DNA of 64,000 nt from an uncultured Caulobacterales bacterium (GTDB lineage Bacteria; Pseudomonadota; Alphaproteobacteria; Caulobacterales; Parvularculaceae), in the NCBI GenBank assembly GCA_964392325.1, contig CAYMPJ010000002.1:65521-129520 (forward strand), read 5' to 3'. The notes under the pieces were generated by a model. That model had not been told where the DNA came from, ran no database searches, and saw only the letters and a program-made list of their open reading frames with translations. Every line of letters starts with the position of its first letter. Position 1 is the first letter of the stretch. A program made the position numbers and the translations under genes. This document shows positions 56,522 to 64,000 of the stretch, piece after piece.

Positions 56522-59404
56522 ATGAACAATATCAATTCTTCAATGGGACCAAAGGGTAATAAAATGATGAAATCCACAACAAACGCTTCCATAGCTCGTC
56601 ACTCATTACATCTGATGTCAGGTGCGGCGGTTTCGGTGATGGCTGCCCATGGCGCTTTAGCCCAAACCGATGACGAAATCATCGTGAGTGCGACCAAGCG
56701 TGAACAAACCCTTCAAGAAGTCCCAATTGCGGTTTCGGTTGTCGATGCGGACACGATTGAAAAAGCGCAAATCATTGACCTTATCGATTTGCAAGCAACT
56801 GTTCCTTCTCTTCGTGTTACCCAGCTGCAAAATTCATCTCAAACAAACTTCGTGATCCGCGGTTTTGGTAACGGCGCGAACAATCCCGGTATTGAAAGCG
56901 CTGTTGGTGTTTTCATTGACGGCGTGTTCCGGTCACGATCAGCTTCTTCAATCCTTGACCTTCCTACCCTGGAACGCGTGGAGGTTTTACGGGGCCCGCA
57001 ATCAACACTATTTGGTAAAAACGTGTCCGTTGGTGCGATTTCAATTACAACCAAAAAACCGTCCTTCGAATGGGAAGGCGACTTTAACGTAACATACGGA
57101 AATCTCGACGCAGTCCGCGCCAAAGGCACCTTGTCAGGGCCGATCACCGATACATTGGCCTTCCGCGTTTCAGGAAGCACTTCAAACCGCGATGGTACGT
57201 ATACGAATCTGGTTACCGGCGATGATAATATCAATGAACGCAATCGCTGGAGTGCACGTGCACAGCTTTTATGGGAACCACTAGACACGCTTTCATTCCG
57301 CGCAATTGGCGAATATAACCGTATTGATGAAATTTGTTGTGGAGCGACACAGCTTATCAATGGCCCAGCGACACAATTGATTGCCGCACCCGCAGCAGTT
57401 GGCGGTCTTGGTGAAGTTATCACAAGTCCTGCGAATGATCTCGATGCACGTATCGTTGCTCTGGACACTCTGCCAGAGAACGAGCTGGTCGGTCGCGGTG
57501 GATCACTTGAAGCCAATTGGGATCTCGGTTGGGCGCAAGTCACATCTATCACTGCATACCGCGAACAATCTGACTTTAACAATACAGATGTTGACTTCAG
57601 CGGCGGCGATATTGCTGTCCAGCCTCAAGATCAACTTTCTCAAACATTCACTCAAGAACTACGAATTAGTGGCTTTACAGAAACCGACTTTGGTGATTTC
57701 AACTGGATTGCTGGTGGTTTCTACTTCGATGAAAACTTGGTTTTTGAAAGAGACGTGATATTTGGAACTCAGATTCGCCCATTTGTTGACGCTCAACTTG
57801 GTGCGCTAGGCGCAAGCCTTCTTGCAACAGAGGGTGCCTCACAGGTGGCACAAGCCCTAACGACTGGGCCAAATGCACTATTTCCTGAGTTTCAACCAGC
57901 AGGTGGTGCAGATGCCCTAGCCTTTGGCTCAACTTTCGTCCCGGGCACAGGCGTGTTCGGCGACTATGAGCTCGATAACCGCTCATACTCCTTTTTCGGT
58001 CAGGTCGACTGGGATGTTACTGATCGTCTTACCCTTACCGGCGGTGTATCCTATGTAAACGACCAAAAAGAAGCGACAGGAACTAGCCTGCTCACTGACC
58101 AGCTTTCAAATTTTGACCTTAATCAATTCGTAACAAGTGGGCCCTCATTCATTGCAGCGGGTGCTTTTGCTCCTGTTGCTGATGGTACTTTTGCGGCTAT
58201 CTCAGGTGCGGGGGGGACTGTTCCAACAAACCCATTCAACGGCAACAGCCCGTTCACCGGGGCTGACTTTGCCTTTGATCCAGCGAACCCCGTTCCATTC
58301 TTCACTGCAGCGGGCACACTCGCGGCTGTTGATCCGGCAACATTTGCTAGCATTCGTGGCGGCGCTGTTGGTGCAGCACAAGGAGCTGTCGCAGCCGACC
58401 CAACTGCCAACCCACTACTTGGCCTGACAGGATTAAGCGTTGTACAATTCTTCGATCCGCAGTTTGATTTCCCTGTTGCGGGGGCTGTACGAGATAATGA
58501 AAATTCATTTTCCGACGACGGGTTCGTTGTTGATGACTCTGTTAATGTTACAGCGCGTATCGCATATGATATTACGGATAATTTCAACGCTTATTTCTCT
58601 TATGCAACTGGTTTCAAAGCAAGCGCAGTCAATCTTTCTTCTGACTCGTTTCCCCCAACACAAGCCACGGATGCCAACGGTACGCCTCTCGTTGACGATG
58701 ACGGCAATCCAGTCATCGTAGGCCGCTTCGCAAACCCTGAAGATGTCACCACATTCGAGATTGGTGCAAAAGCCCAGTTCCCGGGCGGGTTTATTAATAT
58801 CGCCTTGTTTGATCAGGAAGTTGATCAGTTTCAAATCAATGCCTTTACCGGAACAGCCTTTGCCCTCATTAATGCTGGCACGCAAGACGTTAAAGGTTTT
58901 GAGGTCGATGCAGCTTACTCACCGATTGATTCTCTGAATTTCACTTTCGGCATTACCTATCTCGATCCTGAAATTACGGAATTTGTGAATGCGCCTTGTA
59001 GCTTATTCTTTGGCAATCCAAATTGTGCCAATGGTGAAGTCACCTTTGATGCCTCTGGGATTCGCCCAGCTGGTGTTCATGAAGTTAGCCTTTCAACGTC
59101 GGCCAATTATTATAGAGAACTCAATAATGGTGCAGCAATTAATGCACGCATTGAATATCTCTATGAAAGTGAAGTCCGCGTTATAGACAATGGACCGGAA
59201 GATATCACACGTCAGGTAAGCGTTATTAATGCAAACCTTGGTGTTGCCTTCGAAAATGGGTTCAACGTTAATATCTTTGGACGTAATTTAACGGATGATG
59301 ACTACCTCCTCAGCGCGTTCCCAACGGTTGCGCAAGGTGGAAGCTTCTCTGGCTATGTCAGTGAGCCTCGCACATACGGTGTTACTGTCGGTTACAAATT
59401 CTAA
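56522..59404 (+). CDS. TonB-dependent receptor
   Basis: Signal peptide, TonB-box/plug start DEIIVSATKREQ, beta-barrel repeats, and a C-terminal ...TVGYKF. The start may be the MMKSTT ATG further downstream. Confidence 0.9.
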   Translation: MNNINSSMGPKGNKMMKSTTNASIARHSLHLMSGAAVSVMAAHGALAQTDDEIIVSATKREQTLQEVPIAVSVVDADTIEKAQIIDLIDLQATVPSLRVTQLQNSSQTNFVIRGFGNGANNPGIESAVGVFIDGVFRSRSASSILDLPTLERVEVLRGPQSTLFGKNVSVGAISITTKKPSFEWEGDFNVTYGNLDAVRAKGTLSGPITDTLAFRVSGSTSNRDGTYTNLVTGDDNINERNRWSARAQLLWEPLDTLSFRAIGEYNRIDEICCGATQLINGPATQLIAAPAAVGGLGEVITSPANDLDARIVALDTLPENELVGRGGSLEANWDLGWAQVTSITAYREQSDFNNTDVDFSGGDIAVQPQDQLSQTFTQELRISGFTETDFGDFNWIAGGFYFDENLVFERDVIFGTQIRPFVDAQLGALGASLLATEGASQVAQALTTGPNALFPEFQPAGGADALAFGSTFVPGTGVFGDYELDNRSYSFFGQVDWDVTDRLTLTGGVSYVNDQKEATGTSLLTDQLSNFDLNQFVTSGPSFIAAGAFAPVADGTFAAISGAGGTVPTNPFNGNSPFTGADFAFDPANPVPFFTAAGTLAAVDPATFASIRGGAVGAAQGAVAADPTANPLLGLTGLSVVQFFDPQFDFPVAGAVRDNENSFSDDGFVVDDSVNVTARIAYDITDNFNAYFSYATGFKASAVNLSSDSFPPTQATDANGTPLVDDDGNPVIVGRFANPEDVTTFEIGAKAQFPGGFINIALFDQEVDQFQINAFTGTAFALINAGTQDVKGFEVDAAYSPIDSLNFTFGITYLDPEITEFVNAPCSLFFGNPNCANGEVTFDASGIRPAGVHEVSLSTSANYYRELNNGAAINARIEYLYESEVRVIDNGPEDITRQVSVINANLGVAFENGFNVNIFGRNLTDDDYLLSAFPTVAQGGSFSGYVSEPRTYGVTVGYKF

Positions 59405-59431
59405 AAGACACTGTTCCAACGAACGATAAAA

Positions 59432-59460
59432 ACGCGCTGTTTTTACAGCGCGTTTTTTTA
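59432..59460. terminator. Bidirectional rho-independent terminator
   Basis: ACGCGCTGT-TTTT-ACAGCGCGT forms a 9-bp stem, followed by TTTTTTT on the plus strand and by T-rich sequence on the minus strand. It lies between the convergent receptor and ADH genes. Confidence 0.8.
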
Positions 59461-59471
59461 TAGGTCATGTT

Positions 59472-60632
59472 TTAAAATGCAGCTTGGTAAATTGCGATTG
59501 CATCATCTCGTGTTACCTCGCGCGGATTATTGACTAAGAGGCGCGTTTGTAACATCGCGTCATCTGCAAGCTGGCCAATATCACTCGCCTTCACGCCAAC
59601 ATCGCGTAAACGGCGCTCTATGTCGGTTTTCTCGATAATATCATCCAGATGCTCGATCAAGTGCTCTGTCATTGCTTGGTCTGCGCCTTGCGTGTCAGGA
59701 AAAATAAACCTTGCAAGCGCAGCATAATCAGGTAGCGCAAATTGGGCATTAAAGCGCAGTACATGGGGCAATACCAATGCATTTGATAATCCGTGCGGGA
59801 CATGAAAAATCCCGCCAAGCGGATAGGCAAGCGCATGAACCGCGGCTACTGGTGCATTGGCAAATGCCTGCCCGGCCCACATCGCACCGAGCAACATATT
59901 AGCGCGCGCCTCAAGATTATCCCCATGATGAACAGCCGTAATTATATTATCGCTCATCAGGCGCAAGGCCTCGCGTGCCATCATATCCGATACTGGATTT
60001 TTTTTATGCTTTGATGTGTACGCCTCAATTGCGTGCACCATCGCATCAATACCGGTTGCCGCCGTAACATGCGCCGGTAGCCCCAATGTAAGCTCGGCAT
60101 CCAGCAATGCGATATCGGCATATAATTGGGGAGAGACTACGCCCATTTTCTGGGTTTTTCCCGTTGTAACAATTGATATTGGCGTAACTTCCGACCCCGT
60201 GCCAGCTGTTGTCGGGATTAATACTAATGGCGTCTGCCGAGCACCCCGCACTGCACCGACCCCGTATATCTCATCCAGCCTTTGCCCACTTTTTAACAAT
60301 AGAGCAACAAGCTTGGCCGCATCCATTGACGAGCCACCCCCTAGGCCAATTACAAGATCACATTTATATATTTTTGCTGCGTTCAATGCTTCTTCTATAA
60401 TCTCGCTGGATGGGTCGGCAATTACATTAGAAAAAACCTCAGCATCCATTCCAGCATCCACTAACGCGCGGCGAACTGGCTCAGCCAATCCACAATTTAC
60501 GATGCCTTGGTCTGTAATTATCAGTATACGCGTTGCCGTAAACTGTTCGGCAATCAAGGCGGGCAGACGGGTGAGCGATCCCGGCGCACAAACGATTTTG
60601 GGAACTGTTTGAAATTCAAAATCACGCTTCAT
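59472..60632 (-). CDS. Iron-containing (group III) alcohol dehydrogenase
   Basis: GGGSSMDAAK, HAIEAY and PHGLSNA motifs. Confidence 0.9.
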   Translation of the reverse strand: MKRDFEFQTVPKIVCAPGSLTRLPALIAEQFTATRILIITDQGIVNCGLAEPVRRALVDAGMDAEVFSNVIADPSSEIIEEALNAAKIYKCDLVIGLGGGSSMDAAKLVALLLKSGQRLDEIYGVGAVRGARQTPLVLIPTTAGTGSEVTPISIVTTGKTQKMGVVSPQLYADIALLDAELTLGLPAHVTAATGIDAMVHAIEAYTSKHKKNPVSDMMAREALRLMSDNIITAVHHGDNLEARANMLLGAMWAGQAFANAPVAAVHALAYPLGGIFHVPHGLSNALVLPHVLRFNAQFALPDYAALARFIFPDTQGADQAMTEHLIEHLDDIIEKTDIERRLRDVGVKASDIGQLADDAMLQTRLLVNNPREVTRDDAIAIYQAAF

Positions 60633-60872
60633 AAATGAAAACCAATTTTAGTGTGTTGCGCGATCAGGACGCGTCTGTTCTATCGTCTTACTTATCGCAC
60701 AATACACAAAATAACTACATTTCACCAGAAGCCTGCGTAAACGCTTTCCAAAATGTATTGCCTACGTATATAGTAAAATTGGTGAAATCATATACATTCA
60801 ATAGATAGAAAAAAAATTCAATTCTATTGTTAGTTTAGATTCGCCAATACTAAATAGTAACAGGGTAAAATC

Positions 60873-61913
60873 ATGAAACGCTTTATTATCACTATACTGT
60901 CAATAATTTTGGCAATCGCTGCATATGTTATTTATCAAGCTGTACATATTAGCGGCGCATTAGTGAGTGTTGATCCTGTCACCCCAAATAGTTGCTCCAA
61001 GCTGGCTGTTTTCCCCGGTGCGGAAGATATTACGATAGACCATACCACCAAAACAGCTTTCATTTCTGCAGCAGATCGCAGGGCCCGTTTAAAAGGCACA
61101 CCCCCACAGGGCGGAATATACGCGCTTAGTTTAGACGGGGAACAAAATTTGCGTAAAATCAACACAGATGGTCCAAGCGATTTTCAACCACACGGTATTT
61201 TTCTGCTATCGGGCAACGACAAACGCTTGTTTGTCATCAATCATCCATTATCGGGCGGACACACAGTAGAAATTTTTAGCGTACAAAAAGATGCATCCCT
61301 TCAACATCTTGAAACGATTACTTTTGATAAAATGATATCCCCAAATGATATCGCCGCAACAGGGCCACGCACATTCTATTTCACAAATGATCATGGTTTT
61401 GGCGGCGGCTTACCGCAACAGATTGAAACAAGCTTGCTTTTGCAACTATCCAATGTCGTCTACTTTGATGGTAATGAAGCCAAAACGGTCTCGAAATTTC
61501 TAGGCTTTGCAAATGGTATTAATATCTCTGATGATGGGAAGAGTGTTTACGTCGCTGAAGCGGTTGGACGAAAAATGGGGGTTTATGATCGCAATATCGA
61601 AACAGGATCGTTAAAACGTCGAGCGCTTCATTCTCTCCCAACGGGTCCCGATAATCTTGAATTTGACGTTGACGGATTTTTATGGACGGGCGGTCATCCA
61701 AGAATTTTTGAATATTTAAAACATGCCGCTAATGCAGACTATCCGGCACCATCACAAGTTATGCGGATTAATCCGAGCAATGGTGATTTTGAAAATGTCT
61801 ATGTATCAGTAGACGGAAGCTTTTCAGCTGCAACGGTTGGAGCCGTTTTTGAAGATAAACTCTATATAGGATCAGTTTTTAATAAAGACATACTGGTTTG
61901 CACGCTAAGTTAA
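60873..61913 (+). CDS. Paraoxonase/arylesterase-like six-bladed beta-propeller protein, N-terminal anchor
   Basis: FQPHGIFLL, SPNDIAATGPRTFYFTNDH and ANGINISDDGKSVYVAE parallel the PON motifs (HGIS, NDIVAVGPEHFYGTNDH, ANGINISPDGKYVYIAE) as I recall them. Confidence 0.75.
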   Translation: MKRFIITILSIILAIAAYVIYQAVHISGALVSVDPVTPNSCSKLAVFPGAEDITIDHTTKTAFISAADRRARLKGTPPQGGIYALSLDGEQNLRKINTDGPSDFQPHGIFLLSGNDKRLFVINHPLSGGHTVEIFSVQKDASLQHLETITFDKMISPNDIAATGPRTFYFTNDHGFGGGLPQQIETSLLLQLSNVVYFDGNEAKTVSKFLGFANGINISDDGKSVYVAEAVGRKMGVYDRNIETGSLKRRALHSLPTGPDNLEFDVDGFLWTGGHPRIFEYLKHAANADYPAPSQVMRINPSNGDFENVYVSVDGSFSAATVGAVFEDKLYIGSVFNKDILVCTLS

Positions 61914-61949
61914 ATGGCAAAATACCCGTACCGGAAAATCTATTTCAAT

Positions 61950-62810
61950 TTAAGAATTTTGCGCGACATGGTTTTTGAGTTTTGGGTGCCCAAGACAATC
62001 ATCATAGGTTGATTTCAAATGCTCCATCCGCATCTCGATTGCGGATTTCATTTCTTCATGCGTAAAAATATGCGACCGCCCCGCTAAAATTGAATCCGCA
62101 ACCATATCCGCCACCAATGATGGAGGAAGTCCATTTTCGACCAAAGCACTGGTCGCCGCATGGAGAGCCTCTTCGTTTTTCGACGGTTGAGATAAACCCG
62201 CTGTAGGACGCTCGGCAATTGTATTATGAATATTTGTTGCCACCCAACCAGGACATAAGACACTCACCCCGATATTTTCTGGTGCCAATTCCTGAGCTAT
62301 TGTTTCGGAATATCCCACAACAGCAAATTTAGTTGCATTATAGGGCCCAAGACCCGGCATTCCCCAATGCCCTGCCATAGAGGCCGTATTGACAATATGG
62401 CCTCCCTCTGCGTGGGATTTTATGAGCGGGGTAAATATCTCGACGCCATACACAACGCCCATCAAATTAATATCAACAATCCACCGCCAATCTTCAAGCG
62501 GCACCGACCCTGCATTTCCCCCTAAACTAACCCCTGCATTGTTGAAAACCATATGGACTTTTCCATAGTTTTCTATGGTTTTGTCAGCGGCCGCTTGTAC
62601 ATCCTCAGCTTGAGCGACATTACAAATAACTGTCTGAATTTGATCTGCATAATTTGTAAGCCCAGCCGCAGCCGCACTCAATTTTTGACCATCAATATCG
62701 GCCATCATAACATTAGACCCGCGCGATAACAGGGTGCGCGCAATCTCAAGACCAATCCCCGATGCTGCACCCGTAATAAATGCGGTTTTATTTTCAAAAG
62801 AGGTGATCAT
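61950..62810 (-). CDS. Short-chain dehydrogenase/reductase (classical SDR)
   Basis: TGAASGIG and YNATK motifs. The ATG at 62810 (MITSFENK) is preferred over the TTG at 62846. Confidence 0.88.
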   Translation of the reverse strand: MITSFENKTAFITGAASGIGLEIARTLLSRGSNVMMADIDGQKLSAAAAGLTNYADQIQTVICNVAQAEDVQAAADKTIENYGKVHMVFNNAGVSLGGNAGSVPLEDWRWIVDINLMGVVYGVEIFTPLIKSHAEGGHIVNTASMAGHWGMPGLGPYNATKFAVVGYSETIAQELAPENIGVSVLCPGWVATNIHNTIAERPTAGLSQPSKNEEALHAATSALVENGLPPSLVADMVADSILAGRSHIFTHEEMKSAIEMRMEHLKSTYDDCLGHPKLKNHVAQNS

Positions 62811-62848
62811 ACCCTGTCTACCCTTGTAAAGATCATAATTGATCAAAC

Positions 62849-64000
62849 TTAAATTGCCCTTTGGGCATGCAACGCTTCAATGGTTCGCGCATGGGTTTCC
62901 CGAGTGATAGGATAGCCAAGTAAGAAGAAGCCCGCAATCAAACAAAGCACAAACACGATAGGCCCCATCAGCAAACCCATATTGATGAGTATCTCTGGTT
63001 CAACCGATTCGGATTTTTGTTGCGTTGGAAACTTTACAAGATCCAGACTTACGCCAGCAATAAACCCACCCAAACCAAAACTTGCCTTACGGGCAAACAT
63101 TACGGCTGAAAATAAAATGCCTTCCTGACGTCGCCCGGTTTTAAGTTCATATTCACTGGCGACATCAGCCATCATGGCTTCTGTAACAATCATTATAGAA
63201 ATTGAAAAAATTTGCCCAATAAATGTGAACCCAACAACAATTTCAAACAGGCCCGGCTCGCCATTTCCCGGAATGAGACCGAAAGTTCGTCCCAATATTG
63301 GCAAAATATAAAAAATGGAAAACATCAAAATCGAAAAAATTGCAGCCCATTTTTTATCTAATATTTTCGTTAAACCCGGTGCTAATAATGCGCCAGGAAT
63401 AATCGCAACCCCAATTGATAAAACGTAAATGATAAATTCTTCAGAACTCAATCCCCAGTAAAAAGTTGCCATATAAACACTAATCGCCGTAGCAACACCG
63501 GCCATGATTGAGACAATAATAAAACCAATAGACAATGTCCGAAATGATGGCTTCGCAAAAGCCCGGACAATCTCATGATAAGCACGCCACCAGACAACAT
63601 TTGTAGTTTTTTCGGACTTTTTTATCAGATCGGGAATATGCGCGCGCGTCCCTAAAAACGCGATGATAATACTTGCCGTCGCAACCACGCCGCCAACCAA
63701 TCCCATGCCGCTAAATCCTGCACGGTTTAAACTACCATCCTCAAGCACCGCCAAATTTGCAGAAAAGACAACAACAAAAACAATACCCAGTATAATACCA
63801 GCAAAGTTACCGAAGAAAATACGAGAGGTGGTCAATAAGGTCCGTTCCCGATAATCATCGGTAAGGTCAGCGGTAAGTGAAATATAGGGTATAAAAAAGA
63901 TTGTCAGGGATAATCGCGTGAATATGGCAAAAGCAATCATCCAGACTATGAGTTGTCCGGTTGATAAAGAGGCTGGCGGGGAGAACAACAACCATAAACT
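62849..64000 (-). CDS. MFS-fold transporter, GPH (glycoside-pentoside-hexuronide) family-like; 5' end outside window
   Basis: The frame is open to the window edge. There are more than 10 hydrophobic helices, and LTDDYRERTLL resembles the GPH loop motif. Confidence 0.75.
   Translation of the reverse strand, partial: SLWLLFSPPASLSTGQLIVWMIAFAIFTRLSLTIFFIPYISLTADLTDDYRERTLLTTSRIFFGNFAGIILGIVFVVVFSANLAVLEDGSLNRAGFSGMGLVGGVVATASIIIAFLGTRAHIPDLIKKSEKTTNVVWWRAYHEIVRAFAKPSFRTLSIGFIIVSIMAGVATAISVYMATFYWGLSSEEFIIYVLSIGVAIIPGALLAPGLTKILDKKWAAIFSILMFSIFYILPILGRTFGLIPGNGEPGLFEIVVGFTFIGQIFSISIMIVTEAMMADVASEYELKTGRRQEGILFSAVMFARKASFGLGGFIAGVSLDLVKFPTQQKSESVEPEILINMGLLMGPIVFVLCLIAGFFLLGYPITRETHARTIEALHAQRAI

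Noticed and set aside
56839-57582. A 247-aa antisense ORF inside the TonB-dependent receptor gene. Similar antisense ORFs occur at 58123-58587, 60016-60612, 20599-21222 and 34223-34720.
   Set aside because: Each lies opposite a gene with a strong family signature, is rich in Arg, Ser, Pro and Ala as expected for antisense frames, and has no start or RBS context.

Overview
The window looks like a chromosomal segment of a marine-type alphaproteobacterium. GC is roughly mid-40s percent judged by eye, not computed. Typical alphaproteobacterial gene orders are present: ihfB-lapA-like-trpF-trpB, ubiE-ubiB...coaBC-dut and xseB...dxs. I call about 50 protein genes. I found no rRNA, tRNA, CRISPR array, transposase or integrase. 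All family assignments come from motifs read in the supplied translations and recalled family signatures; no searches were run.

Most of the window is housekeeping: tpiA, trpB/trpF, ubiE/ubiB, coaBC, dut, hppA, galU, dxs, xseB. Five parts stand out:
1. The best candidate for something undescribed is a roughly 2.3-kb AT-rich insert at 35.6-37.9 kb. It is bracketed by a diverged duplicate of the 3' end of a PLP-decarboxylase gene. It carries only a permuted (His-before-Cys) papain/NlpC-P60-like hydrolase and an unclassifiable polytopic membrane protein, with no recombinase.
2. A Caulobacter-type sphingolipid/ceramide cluster lies at 17.7-22.3 kb (acyl-ACP synthetase, CerR-like reductase, ACP, Spt). 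It is followed by a 1-kb non-coding gap that contains a probable decayed outer-membrane protein gene.
3. A co-directional operon at 23.4-29.1 kb (fatty-acid hydroxylase, carotenoid oxygenase, SCPx-type thiolase, DUF1295, alpha-methylacyl-CoA racemase) suggests apocarotenoid or methyl-branched lipid catabolism.
4. An alpha-2-macroglobulin/PbpC pair is extended by an overlapping secreted SNase-like nuclease gene.
5. The conserved ubiB/coaBC junction is interrupted by an alginate-lyase-like gene plus an AT-rich orphan.

Several small palindromes, hairpins and repeats are listed separately.
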